Shown here in pieces: positions 26,368-41,400 of a DNA stretch of 64,000 bases. How positions within the stretch are numbered: the first letter of the stretch is position 1; each line of letters begins with the position of its first letter. Both the position numbers and the translations under genes were made by a program. Source of the stretch: Epiperipatus broadwayi (lineage: Eukaryota; Animalia; Onychophora); the NCBI GenBank assembly GCA_028023455.1, contig JAQFVV010000002.1, positions 27,590,001 to 27,654,000 of the forward strand, written 5' to 3'. The notes under the pieces are model-generated. The model made no database searches and was not told the origin of the DNA. It saw only the letters and a list, made by a program, of their open reading frames with translations.

Positions 26368-27407
26368 AAACCCCAATTGTGGTTAAAACAAAATTATTTT
26401 CTTGATTTTCAGTTCTATAATAAATAAAAGCATTCATCATAAATATTTTTATTATTCTTTGTACTATACCCTTTTTAGGAATGTTAATATCTGATTTCAG
26501 ATTTGTTAACTATTTAGAATGTTTTTTCCATATGCAATAGTCTAAAAGTGTATTTTATTATTACTTATTCTAAACTCTTTCACATAAAGATCTACTTAAG
26601 TTTATTTTCTATATTTAAACTTTTTGAAAATTTTTTCTTGATATTCAAAAATAATATTAATTTCAATGTATGTTTAATAGTTATTTAAAATGTTTTATGT
26701 CTATAGCTGTTTAAATTGCATACATACATTCAACAGCTATTTTAGCAGCTTATAAATGTAAAAAATAATAAATTTATGAAGTTGAATTGCTAAGTAAATA
26801 AAGCTAGATCTAAGGGTGTCTGTCTCAGCACATAGCCCGTCATTTTCAATATTAAAAATTAACCAATTGAACTTTATTTTTCTTAATCATAAAATTTGCA
26901 TTACAAAATAATGTGTTAAATAAGTCTAAATTTTTTTTTTTATAAAATAAATAATCTTTCTTTGTAAAAAATGGTTCATAAAAATTTTGCTCATAAATGG
27001 CAGTTATTTAATATTTTCAAAAATTATTAATAAACATTTTCTTCATTCAGAATCTGAAGTAAGAAAATAACTTCTTAATAAAACCAATTTTATTAGAAAA
27101 TACTTTTGCACAGAAGTAGAGTAAATAATACAGACAGAACTATCAAAGACTAGAAAAAAATGTTAGCTAATTTTGGTATATATATTATACCATTTATAGA
27201 GTAAAAAGCTTTCAAATGGAGAAAATAAAAAGTTGTATTGCTTGGAAATTCACAGGAAGTTCAAATGCTGGAAGTGCCAAAACTAAAAATGATCCGAGGA
27301 TCTTACAATCCAGAATCTAATATTTTACTATTACACTAAACCACACAAGGCATTCAAATAATGAGATAATATATATTATAAAGATGTAGATATTTACAGT
27401 TATATAA

Positions 27408-28047
27408 ACAAAATAGTTCTTGGGTTAAACCGTGTGTTATTTTTGCTTACTTTCCAAAGTTACGACGAAATAGCATCTGCCATTGTTAAGGTTAACTTTT
27501 CAAAGAAAAACTGTTAGATCTGAAATAGTAACAAAATCGAGTGTGACATAAAGAACGAAATTGAGCATGAAGTAGTTGAGCATTCAGAATGTGAATTAAC
27601 AAAAAGATTATTTTCTTCAGTTTCACCATTAATTGTTTTCATGTTTATGTTAGAAGAAAGTGATGTGGTATCCATAAAGTTGGAATACATTGTGCTTCAT
27701 CCATTTAAACCAGATGGTCTTTTTAATAAATAGAGCTGCTGAAGCACGCATAATCCAATCTTATGGAGACCATTTATTTTATATCTTTCTTCTAATATAA
27801 ACTTGAAAAGAATTAATGGTGAAATTGAAGAAAATAAATATTTTGTTAATTCACATAAAAGTGAATGCTCAACTACTTTACATTCAATTTCATTACTATT
27901 TGAGATCTAATGGTTTCTTTGAAAAGTTAACCTTGACAATGGCGGATACTATTTTGTCGAAACATTGGGAAGCAAGCAAAAATAACACAATTTAACCCCA
28001 AACCTATTTTATTTACAACGTACAACTGTGAAACATTAAATATAATA
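27408..28047 (+). mobile_element. Foldback (about 270-bp arms) with U3:A8-variant hammerheads, 14-bp TSD
   Basis: Arms about 27408-27685 and 27755-28012. TSD TTACAGTTA(T/C)ATAA at 27394-27407 and 28048-28061. Plus-strand HHR is CC TTGACAA T GGCG..TGTC GAAA CATT GG at 27931-27968. Confidence 0.78.
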
Positions 28048-31000
28048 TTACAGTTACATAATATACATACACAAATCAAAGTATTTAGTGAATAAGTTAT
28101 ATTAATAAGGCTAATATCTAATAATCCTATTAACTTTGCTGTATTGGATCACTATGATTCACTCTACATTATATTTGCCTAAGACTATCACAATACAAAA
28201 GAAAGATAACCACCTATACAATTTGAAATATGCCCAGTGTTTTAAAGGAAGCCTATTAAGACTTGCTTTACAAAATGTTCTATGTCTTACCTAAACAGTT
28301 TTTTGTATCCCAAAAAATATGTAGCAGATGCTTTACTTCAGCAAATTTCTGATCACCTCCTTAATCAATTATCATATAAATTTGACATGCACTCTCCGTA
28401 TTCTTAATCCACACAGTCATCAAGTGTAAAATAAAACGTATATAACAAATGCTACTATGAATTGTTTTCAACTCAACATGGTGCTTCAATGGCAGTTGTG
28501 AACCACCTCTTCTCTCATTCTATATTTAGAATAACAGCTCAATTTAATTATCTTGGGCTAATTGACTTAGAATCTTACACCCAATTTATCAATGTTACTA
28601 CCATTGTTATTTTAATGCAGATATTATTTGTATTGCAAAGTTATTATTGTAGAACTGGCCTACAAGAATAGTTTTAACAACTTAATTGAATGTTAGCTTG
28701 CAAATTATATCTTACAACAGTTTAACTACCTGAGTGAGGATATATAAGCAGATTCAGTGATATTTTTGCTTTCTAAAAAGCGATCAATTCCATGGAGGTT
28801 ATGATACTTTACCGTAGCAACTTTATACAATGTTCAAGTATACTGGCTGAACAAAATAATGTGTAGATTATATAACAATAATGAAAAAAATGACAATAAC
28901 TGCAGCTTCATGATGTAAGAAATACCCGTATTCCATTTCTCAAAACTGATTAAGATTTCATTGCTATAATAAAGAAAAATAGAAGCAGCTTTCTTCTTAA
29001 GGTTTATTTGGCAAAGATAATGCAATATAGAATTTTAAAAAAAATCACACATCAAAATTCTATAGATTCTGGTAGTATATATGGCTATAGCTACATAAAA
29101 TATTTACACTCAAAAAAATTTCAAATACCAAAATTTTAACACTGCCTGTTAATTGCTAATCACCTAGTTTATAGTTCATATATTCTATTCTCACTGGATT
29201 TAATTTAAAATTGAATTACATGTGTTATCAGTTAAAATTAAACAAAAGCTTTTCTCTGCCGTAGCTATATAAAAAGCATTTATCCAAAAAAATTTATTTA
29301 TCTAACTTTTTTGTATGAAGCACTTCCCAAGCCTAAATTTGGACCATATTGGTAGCGTCACACAATAATCATTATTGATTGTCTGACTATATAATTTTGT
29401 ACCAACAAGGATTGTTTATTTCAGATCTTTGTATAATCTTAATCAACAAATGAGTAAGTCTAATCACAATCACAGACTTTCTATTTATAATGACATAAAA
29501 TTTATCATATAAATGTTCTACTATTACTAATAAAAAAATTTCATTATAAATTTAAATCTACAAAAGCTATCGCATATTAATTTCATTTTATTAAATCAAT
29601 ATTATATAGTTATATTATTAATATATACTTTTTAAAATATTATATAAAAAATATTCTATATCTGAAGTTAAAATTAGTTATAACTTAAAAATTGTTAAAA
29701 AATTAATTGCACACAACATTTCATTCTCTAAGAGCATATATAGCAGCCATAATTAACCGGTGACCTACAGAGTTTTTATGCGTGGCCCAAAACACAAGTT
29801 TTTAAAACCTTGGGAAATGCCCTTTGCTTCAATTGGAAATCGTCACTCACAATATGTTTATTTGTTTTAAACTATATAATTATGCTAATGTGAAACGTAT
29901 TGTTTAATATCAGAGTAATTTAGTTAATCACAATGGCAGGAGTGTTTCTAGACAATGGGAAAGAAAAATTTCTTGTTGCACAAAATAAACACAGTTAGGT
30001 AGGTTGTTTGACTTACCATAAAAGTGTTATATTAATTATTTTATTTTTACAACAAACAGTAAAGTTTACAGAAAACTTGAAAATGAGGGATGGTGTCTTT
30101 TAATTTTTCTGTATGACATCAAAGAAAAACATGATAAGTTCAATTATTATTTATAGACTAAAAATAAAATCATTTCCCATATGATGAATAGAAAACAGTT
30201 AAAGAGTGCAATGTATGCACACATATTTATGTGGTAAAAATAGATACAAGTCATTATATCAAATTAAAGTAAATTACTAGTTAATTAAAAATTTAATTAA
30301 TGAGAAATTAAGCATATATTAGGAAGAAATACAAAACCAATTAATGCATAATTTCAAACAGATCTGTCCAGGTTCAAAATACCTATATATATTATAAGTA
30401 ATAAAGTTAATAATGATAGAAATATATTTTATGTTCAATAAAATATATATTATTTATATAAAAATAATCAACACTAAATAGAGAGATTTTATTTTATATT
30501 GGATAAAATGTATTAATTAGTTTTATAAATAATTAAGCACAGGTACTAATTAATTAAATTTTAACTAACAAAATCTATTTAGCTTTGACTATTTTTTATA
30601 TAATTAATGCATATTTTATTAAACATAGAATATATTTCTATTATTATTAACGTTACACTTTATGATATATATTGTACCAGGAATCTCTATATTGTTTTAG
30701 GCTCTAACATGTTGTGTGCCATAATTTATTGTATCAAGAATCTATCCCTTTTATTCTTCTCTACAACATTCTACTTTGTCAGCCTACAAAACTAATTCAA
30801 ACCCTATACAGGGTGTTATAAATTTCTACACAATGAATTCTACATTTAATTTATTTAAATGAATTATGGGTTTCACATGTGGAGAACACAAGCCAACTTA
30901 ATAATACAACCACAATCCACATATGGTATTATTCCAAGCTAATTAAATAAACAGACATACTGATAATAATATTACTTGTAAGGAAATCAAACTAATAATC

Positions 31001-34000
31001 ATTAGATATATTTCCTGATCAACTGGTGTCAATCCTTATAAAGATCAGCAAAATCTGCCATTAATAAAGCATCACACGGATTTGTATGCACCACTTTCAG
31101 AAACAAAATATTTTTAAAATGATCCGTATAAAGATATCCATCTGAAGTTCATTTAAAACATATCTCAGGTTCAAGCTCAGAACGTTTAAATTCTCAAGGT
31201 GAATGGCATACAATAGAAAAAACAGTTAAATTGAATACCAAATATTGTCTCGACTAAATATTTAATGTACATTAAATAAAATCTATAACCACAAAATAAC
31301 ATATTGAAGAATATAATATTAACATATAAGTGAAAACCCCCGCTCCTCTTTTCTTTGACTTACACGAAGATAGATAATTTATATACACATATTCTAAAAT
31401 AAGAATACATATGAGCACATACATATATGTAAATAAAGGTTAACTCATCAATTGTATTTACATTAAAAAATAAAATAAATTAAATCAATATCATATAAAA
31501 TTAAATAGGTTTAAAATAAAATTATATTATTCCACATACATACATATCGGTATAGATTAATGCATCAATTATGTTTAAAAAAATAAAAATATATTAAAAT
31601 TAAATAAATAATTAACCTTACTTCCTGGAATGTGAGGTTTTCTTTTCCATTTTAAATATTTAATTTATAAATGCAAAGAAATATTTTGAGCTAAGTTCTT
31701 TTCAACACTAAAAAAAAAACGTTTTAATCTATTATGATTCTTTTTTTCTTTTCTCTTTCTCTTGTTTTAAAAATTGACACACAATTCCAGGCTTCCAACA
31801 TATTCTTCATGTGCAAAATTATAAACAGAAGACATAAACATTTTCTTCACAATGTCATTTTTCGTTAATAGGCAGGTATTGGCATCCTGCAATAGGCTCA
31901 CATGATGATGAAAAAAGAGGACCAGTGTACTAATGACCGCCTATTCCATATTGTTTTTTTTGATCAAATTATCAAACAGTATTCTAGTAGGGTAAAAATT
32001 GGCAATCCACACAATAACAGTATTATTTCAAAAAATAAATATGTACAAAGTATCTAGAAAAAAGCTTTATTTAATCATAATAGCATAGTATGCTAAACAT
32101 GCTTTAGACTAAACGTAGACACTTTGTATGTATTTATTTTTTGAATTACACTTTCCAAGAAAGTTTATCGAAGTTTTGAAATAACAGTATTAATTCTCTG
32201 GAACCTGATTATGGCACCAGGTAATGAAATAAGGATGCGCAGTTCTCACAATCAATTTAAGTCTTTCAGGACGAGGCTTTAACTAACTTTTTTCCACCTC
32301 AAGTTTCTTTTCAAAAGCACAGCTTGCCTTTTCCTCCCTGGACAAATAACAATCTAAAATCCCCATTTTTAGTTTTTAAAATCTTATTTATAGCATTATA
32401 CATGAAAAGAAAATGGTGACAGTTTGTTTTTTCTTATCTGTATTTTTTTTCTAATCGAACCCAGATAAATATTTTAATTAATTAATAAGAATGTTATAAG
32501 AAACCAATAAAATAAAATATCTAATCAAGAGACACACAAAAAAAAAACTATATTTTTTGGATTTTCTGTAACTTTGGTAAAGAGAAAAATCAAAATTCTT
32601 TTTTTACAAAATATCTTATCAATACACTATATATATACTTTCCAGAATCTCTATAATATTGATAAGAGAAATAACAAAATTCTCTTCTCTTTTACAAAAA
32701 AAATATATGAACAATAATAAAAAAATTATTTGATAATTTTATGCCATTTTAACTAGTTACACCATTATAAGATAAAATAAAATATACAGATTTTTTCTTG
32801 GTGATAAAAAAATAAATAAAAATATATGTACAAATAAAAGAAAATTCTTCCAGTGTATATTTTATTATATTTATGAATAAAATACAAATGTCACATGTGG
32901 ATACATATTATGTTCATAAACATATCTTTACTCTCAATCTATGTTTGCCTATTTTAAGATTTTTATTTAACTCATTAAAGCATTTATGTTTATACTGATA
33001 GCTGAATACTAACTTGTGACGGGATTCAATCATCATTATCATATATATAGTGTTTTGAACTTGTTTATACAAACAATCATAATAAAAGCTAAACAAGATG
33101 ACATGACATTTGTCCAGAAAACTATGATTATTTCAAATTATTTAGCTAAACAACGGATTTAAGAAATATTAAGAATTGTTTGTTGCTTGTAGAAAATCCC
33201 TGGCACTTAGAAACAGCAATTATGATATAACTAGCTGCACTGGAATATGATTATGCAAAGCTAAGTGACTAATTCGTAGAACTCAAAAATGATACAAATC
33301 TGGAGATTTTTTTAAAAAAAAGAGTGGGAAAAAGTATGTCAAATTTTGGAAATTAGTGTTGAAGAAATAAGATTGTACATGTGAAGAACATGTTAAGAGT
33401 AGTATAGCAATTATAAATAATCAAACATTTATATCAAAATCAAAAATCGCATTAATTTTTAAATTAACACTTGGTTTATTTTTTATATTACTATTTTACA
33501 GTGTATTGCAGCCGGTATAACATAAAAGATACGTATATGATCCGAGGAAAAAAAAAAATGACTGATATATAATCTAATTACCACATCATTTATAAAGTGG
33601 AAATAAGATGCATATGCTCAACACTCACATGAAAACGATTTGAATAAGTTTCAACATGTTAACATTACAATAACATCATTACCAAAATCTATTTTATTTA
33701 CATATAAAATAAATTTATTAAATTATTACAAACTATTGTTTTAATCCCTCTTCCCCTTGTATCTATGTATATATATATTTAGTAGTGATCTTCCATCTAA
33801 GAGTCACATAAACTTTCACAATAATGACAACTAGTTATGTTAGATTTCAATTCCCACAAATGCATTTGTTAGTCAAAAAGTGTGCCCTACTCTCCTCAAA
33901 AAACAAATAAAACAAACATCAGAATGAATAAAAAACTTTCTCTTGTGTTACAGCATTCCGAAAAAACAAATCTTAATTAAAATTAGCCGATTATTTTTCA

Positions 34001-35932
34001 GGCTTATATAACTGTTATAAAAACAAGACATAATCCTGTCAGTACCAGAGAATGAAATAACTTAATTCAATTAATAGAAAACCAAATAACTTTAATTAAT
34101 TTAGATACAATAAATCGTTTATAAACAATCACAAAATAAAAATTGGAAATCTAAAATTATTTCCAATTGGTTCCATCATTGTGTTTTTATACATTTATAG
34201 ATTTCAAGAAAATAATTAAAAGCAAAATTATAAAATTCCTTACATTTCCGATTTCAAATTAAAACATAAACAAACAATGAGTTTGAGCGATATGATTATG
34301 ATCTCCCAGGTTGAAAGCATTGTTCAGTGAGATATTAATTAAATTGTGAAATAAAATTTAATCTTTTCTTTGGAAGTGAATTAACACTACTTTATAGAAT
34401 TACATGGCTAAAGAAAAGAAGCAAAATCAGATAGAGTTAAACAAACATATAATTTCTACATATATAATAAATTTCATAATAAATTCTATAAAGAATTTTA
34501 ACTGACCTTAGCTACTGTTATATAATTACAAATTTTATAATATATAAAACATTATTCTGAGATAAAACTATAAGCTTCAATATAGAAGGCAAACTTTACA
34601 TAAAATCATTGATAACAGAAAAAAAAAAAAATTGAATTAATTTGTAATAGTATGTAATTATTAACAATCTTTTTAAATCTTAAAAAACAAAAACAACAAA
34701 AAAACAAACTAATTAAAACTGAATAACCATCAATCCACTCCCCATTTCCCAAATGATTATAAAAAATTTAGCCTGCATTTTGCATTCTGAAGATTATTTT
34801 TGTAGTATTATTGGTTTTCTTAAAATAAATAAGTATACATATATATTCAACATAGCACTGTATTATTTATACTAAAATAATGACATTTTTACTTACCTCA
34901 GTTGATTCCAATATTTAAAAAAATGAGAAAATACATAAGAAGTAAAATAATGATAAAGGAGCTTCCAAACATAATATTGTGCACGTGCGGAAAAAAAAAA
35001 ATCCTGATCACTATTTGTGATATATCAAGTTTCTCATGAACTTTATTGAATCAATTGGCATGTAAAGATAAACCAAGGATTCTGCATCTACAATAATATA
35101 ACTTTTCTCACCAATGGTGAAAATAATATATTTAATATATATCATTTATCCAAACATCCAAGTTAATCTACAACCTTTAACAACTGCTAAAAATAGCTTC
35201 ACACATTTGCTGATAAATAATTAGATGAAAAAATTGAATACCTAAAAAGTATACAAGTTCCATCTGGATTCAAACCTAGACATTGGATAATTTAGGTAAA
35301 TGCAATAATCTTTATACCATGAAAATCCTTTTATTAAATAGATATGTGGATCTGTTTCCTTGTATTATTAATTTAAATAAGTTTTTTTCTCACATCAAAA
35401 GAATGAGCAGGTTATGTGTTGTATATTCATTCAGCTTTTTGGTTTATTTTCAACCATTGCTGAAATTTATAGAACTAGAAACTTAGTACTTTAAGTACTG
35501 CAAAATTTACTCTACTTATTGTGTAGTGAATTAATAATTTATTTTTACATCTATACAGTAGCTATATAAAAAAAATAAAAATATACTAGTTAAAAGTTTG
35601 TTTATCAATTTTATTTCTTCTCATTTAAATCAATTAAATTTTTTTTTTCTTTTTACTTCATATTTTGTAAAAGCACACAAATAGTTAGAAATCTAATGGA
35701 GTACTAAATTGATGTAAGCAATTAAGCACATATTATAACAATCAAATCTATTAATTTATTGACTGAATAGTATTTATTTTTATTTTACAAAAATATACAA
35801 TCAGTAATTTATTCCCAACCAAAACACTATACATTTATATTTTTTTGCTTATATTTTAATTATTAATAAATATTATCATCTTAATCTGTAATTCATCATA
35901 ATACAGTGTGAATGTTGGATATCAGGTTAGAT

Positions 35933-36277
35933 CAGGGATCCTCAACCCTATGCCCGCGGGCACCACGGCGCCCGCCGCCATTCAAACACGATAAAAAATT
36001 ATTTATCTGATACAAATAAATTTAATTTTTAAAATGTCTTATAAATTATTGTATTATATTGTAATCAAATTGTAGGGCATACTATACTTTTACAACATAA
36101 AAATATAAACGTTAATTATGTTTAAAATTTTATTTTTGAAATAAATATTTTTTTGTACATTATGTGTATTATTAACAATATCCAATTATAAATTTACATT
36201 GGAAAAATAAATGGTGCCTGCCACTTGGCCGGTATTATAGAATGTGCTCTTAAGTGCAAAAAGGTTGGGGACCCCTG
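35933..36277. mobile_element. hAT-superfamily MITE, 345 bp
   Basis: TIRs CAGGGATCCTCAACC / GGTTGGGGACCCCTG. Exact 8-bp TSD GGTTAGAT (35925-35932 and 36278-36285). Confidence 0.92.
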
Positions 36278-37239
36278 GGTTAGATCATTGACACTAAACT
36301 ATATACATATAAATTAAATATCCAGGTACATCTGTGCATAATTTATTGAAAATATAAAAATAATATATACTGTATATAAATTAATGTTTTGATCAGGTCA
36401 CATTGGTCATCAACTGGATAATAAATATTGTAAAATAATTGTAGAGGCGCTGTAAACACTGACGTATAACAATAATGGGTCTATTAATAGAAAATAGAAT
36501 ATTTCATTTATATCTGCAACCCGTGAAAATATTCGATTTAATATATTTATAATCTAGACCTTACTATTTGCAATTTTTTTTTTTTTTTTACATACAAATA
36601 AAATGACTAATCCCACAAAAATTTGAAAGAAATTTCATGAAACAAGTTTCTATTTGCTAATTAGCTGATTGATATTTTTATTTTACCTGTAAGATTTTTG
36701 GTATCCATACAAATGTTTCAGATATGGCAGAAAGTATGAATGGAATTTTTTTTACCTGTTATAACAGACTACATATATTACGGATTAAATTTTCAACAAT
36801 TGCAAATATATGCCAAGAAAAGAATAAAGATACTTTCAATAAGTCAGCTAAATTTTTCAACTAATTTTTAAATATTGATTGCAAAGAAATAAAATAAATA
36901 ATGCTAGAGAAATCTCTGCGCTATCATTTATTTATTTTACATACTAAATTTTTTTATTAATATTATCAAATCATTAATATAAGGAATAAACTTCGTGCAA
37001 TATTTCAATTGCTAATTGAGATTGATAAATGAAGTCGCATGCTAATTTAGAATTTCACAGGGAATTGATAGACATTGCAATTTCCTTGATTTCAATATTT
37101 TCTACTTAATTAGTCATATTCTAATAGTTTATTAGGATTTATAGTTCAAAATAATATCTAAAGCTGTGTTATATAAATTATTATTGCAATAACTACTAGG
37201 CTAATTAATGATATGCTAGAATCAACAGGATATAATATT

Positions 37240-37421
37240 AAACAAGGCAAAACTCTCCATACAGTAGTGCCACCCTGTGCCAACCAGAGTAGTCAATGGA
37301 TGCCAGAAGACTTGTGCATTGATTACTCTGGTTGGCAGAGGGTGGCACTACTGTATGAGAGTTTTACCTTATTTAATAACAATTATGTGTTAGTATAAGA
37401 GATGGTGATCATGTGATATTT
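37240..37421 (+). mobile_element. Mini foldback made from the 3' tail of the 10.4-kb hammerhead family, 13-bp TSD
   Basis: Arms 37240-37298 and 37317-37374. TSD AGGATATAATATT at 37227-37239 and 37422-37434. Shares ctctccatacagtagtg..tcaatggatgc..agaag..ttgtgc and the terminal ggtgatca(a/t)gtgat with 10367-10490. Confidence 0.82.
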
Positions 37422-38451
37422 AGGATATAATATTCTTAATAAATTTTTGAAAAGTGTTAATTTAGTATACAACACACAAAAAAGATGAAAATATGATTTG
37501 TAGAATCAAACACACTGAATTAGATAATAATAATAAATTATCACTTAGTTGTATAATTTGTCTAAAGGACAACCAAGATTAATAAAAAAGTGAAATATTA
37601 AAACAAAAAAGTTTGATAAATATTATAATTTCATTTACATCAGAAATATTTTAATTCTTTAATTAACTAAAAAAAAAAATCTTTGAACTAAGATTATCTA
37701 TTATAATAATCGCAAAATAAAAAATAATGGAGAGTTAATAAAAATCATATTACTTTCAATCCTAGTACATTCAAGATAAAATTTGTTTCAAAAGTAAATT
37801 TATTCTAATTTCTATGGGTTTTTGTATTAGAAACTATATAAAAATAAGATGGAGGCAGGGGATCATGCTAATGGGCTCAAAAAAAAAAAATAAGGAGAAA
37901 AGATACTCTTCATTAAAGCATTAAAATAATTAATACAATAGTAAAAATGGAATAAAGTTATGTATTTACACACTTAAAAATACAAAAATAAAATAGCAGG
38001 CAGACCAAGTTTAAATTTTATAATATAGTTCTACAGCCAATAGATAAAATACTTAAATATTATCTTTATAAACAAAGCTATTAAAAAGATATAAGTAACA
38101 TAAATGTTTAAGGATACAAACAGCTTTAATAAAGTTCAGACATGACAGAAAGTCCCAACACAAATCAAGGACTCTTAAAACATAAATATATGAATCTCTT
38201 TTTAATAATTTAAGGATTTTATTATTAACTACTTGAGAAATTACTACATGATATACAGAAATTTCATTATTCCCATTAAAAGTATATTATAGGTTTTCAC
38301 TTTTCATCATAATGTGTTAACTTAATGAAATAATATTTGCTCTCAATGAAACAAAATAGTTTATTTTGTAATATAATAGATTGTTCCAAATATCTTTCAA
38401 AGGAAGTTATGTAAAGAGATTTTTTTTTTTGGACGCTAGCATCTCCTATGC

Positions 38452-41400
38452 CAGTGGCGGCAAACCTTTTTACATGTATATGCCAAAAATTTTCAAAAAA
38501 TATTTAGTAAAAAATATTAAATAAAAAAAACAAACAACTTAATTATTACAGTTTTTTAAAAGTTTATAAAACAAAATAATAATAATAACATTGATAATTA
38601 AACAAAATTTCTAAATAAGCTAAATACCATTGAACGATATTTATTTAGAACACAAGTTGAATAAATATAATAGTAAAAAATTAATTAATAGTAATTAAAA
38701 CAAAGCAAAATTTTGGAAATAAACATAAAATCAACATAAATATGTATTATTTAATGAGATTTTTGCTTTTGTACATTGGATGTCAAATGTTTTTTATCTG
38801 TTTCATATTTTTGTTTCACTTTTAATAATGTATGCTGAATTAGATTCAGCTATCATTCTATTTTTTGAACTGCCTTTAATTAAATTCATTTCTGAAAACA
38901 AAGATTCACATGCGTATGTAGAAGAGAAAATTGATAATATAGCAGTCGTTATTTTTTTTAAATAATTAAATGTTTCAGGAATATCATTCTAGGCAGTCAA
39001 TAGTTCCTCTTTCTTCTTTTTACATATGCCCAATAATCAATCATTTTCCATTGTTTCTAACTCATTTCTTAAATCAACAAATTTGTTTCCGTATAGAACT
39101 GGATTGAAAATTGACTGATTGCACCCCCCTATCTTCCAAATTAAACTACTCGAAAATTTCTAACTTGAGATCATCCATTGATATTATGTATGTCTGGGTA
39201 TAAAAGTATAAAATAAATTTTGAAGTTTCTGAAAATTGTCGAAACTGTGTAAATCTTAAAAAAAAAATTCTTCAATTATCGATTGAATAACAGCACAAAA
39301 CTCTTGTGCCAATTTACTTGATCGGATTTCTCATGAGATTCTAAATCAGTCAAGAACTTTTTTTATATTTGAAAAATAATTGGAAGTATAGGAAATAACA
39401 CCATGGTTAAAAATTTGTAATTTAACTTCAAATGTTTTGATCAAATCAAACATGACAATTGTCTTATTATAACCTTGCAGTTTCACATTTAATTCATTTA
39501 GTTGTGAACACATATCAGTAAAAAACATTAATTTTGAAAGCCATTTAACATCCATTAATTCATTATATTTTTCGATGATTTTCTCATTATATAAAAACAA
39601 TCTACTTTCATCTAAACACTTAATGATTCTTTGAAGAACTTTTTCTGGTCTTAATCATCGCAAATTGTTGTATGTAAGTAAACCATTGTATACTGAATTC
39701 ACTACCCTCAATAAATTTAAAATTTTTCGCTTATTTGGAGTTTGTGTAAATATAATATAAATCTTTATTATATTAGAATAACAACTTATAAATACATTAA
39801 CATAATAATTAAATATATAAAAGCCTTTTTCGGGAATTCTGTTTTTTTACCCGTTTCAATATAATACCTCCTACTAATACTAACACGTATATTATGTACA
39901 TAGCGACATTTCCTATAATTCATTATTTCTATCAATTTATTTATATATTTCCCTTTATATTACTTTCCATTCTTTAGCCATTACCCAATCATTCGTTAAA
40001 TCAATTCACTTTTTGTAAATGTTCATACATGTATTTATATTATATTTTATATAATTTTATGTCCAAATTTTAAATAATGAACATATAATGCAGATCTATC
40101 ATCCCTCCTTTCAATAGCACTATTATGTTCTTTTGCTCTTTGTTCTAATTGTTTAGATGTTTGTCCATAATAAACCATTTTACAAACCCCGTAAGCAATT
40201 TTATATACTGTTTCCTTTATGCATTTCATATCATCTTTAATTTTATAATTTCCTATTAATATATCTAAATTTTTACTATTATACCATCCTACTTTTATAT
40301 TTTTATCCATTTTATATTATTTAATATTTTATTCCTTCTAATATATTCCTAATATTTCTAGGATTATATCCATAGCTAGAATATAATTTAATAAATTGTT
40401 CTTTTTGTACTTCAGCAGTTTTTTTATCTGTATTAGACCTATCATTTTTAATTTTAAAATTCTTAATTACTGCCATCTTTTGCATCCATGCTTGTTGTGA
40501 ATCCCTATAAATTATTTCCCTTATTTTATCTTCTTAAATAAAATGATTTAAAACAATTATATTATTGTGTATCTTTATTTCTATATCTAAATATTTTATT
40601 TTATTATCCATTTCTTTTATCGTAAACTTCATATTATTTATATTATTATTATATTCATTATATATATTTTTTATTAAAATATCATATACATATTTAAAAT
40701 ATACTTTTATTTTTTATTTATTATTCTATTCTTGACAGTATTTAATTCCATTTCATTTATAAATATAGATGCCATTAACCCACTTATTGCACATCCCATA
40801 ACCCATCCCTTATTTATATCCCAACATTCATCTTTATATTTAAAATATAAACTATTATTTATTAAATTTAACCCCTGTTCCATAATGTCAATTATTTCCA
40901 TATCGTGTATATACATTTTTAATTTTTGTATTACTATTTTAATACTTTCTTCTCGAGGTATACTTGAATACATCTTCTCTATATCCATTATAAAAATACT
41001 TTAATAATAAATAAAATATTTAGATATAGAAATAAAGATAAACATTAATATTATTGTATTAAATCATTTTATTAAAGAAGATAAAATAAGGAAAATAATT
41101 TATAGGGATTCATAACAAGCATGGATGCAAAAGATGGCAGTAATTAAGAATTTTAAAATTAAAAATGATAGGTATAATACAGATAAAAAAAAACTGCTCA
41201 AGTACAAAAAGAACAATTTATTAAATTATATTCTAGCTATGGATGGATATAATCCTAGAAATATTAGGAATATATAATATGATGATAAAAATAATATTAG
41301 AGGGAATAAAATATTAAATAATATAAAATGGATAAAAATTGCATATATACCTAAAATTTATGACATATTAACAAAAATAAAAATTATATGGATAAAAATA

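Noticed and set aside
31364-31393. 30-nt minus-strand microexon-like segment (ttttag|...TCGT|gtaagt; EYVYINYLSS)
   Set aside because: The splice motifs are good, but the content is low-complexity AT-rich and joining it to the next exon makes T|AG, a stop. Such motif pairs are expected by chance in a 30-kb intron. It would need junction reads.
31850-31887. Strong-looking minus-strand acceptor (ctattgcag|GA) as an extra exon
   Set aside because: The phase-1 frame stops after GCQYLPINEK, and there is no convincing donor or homology.
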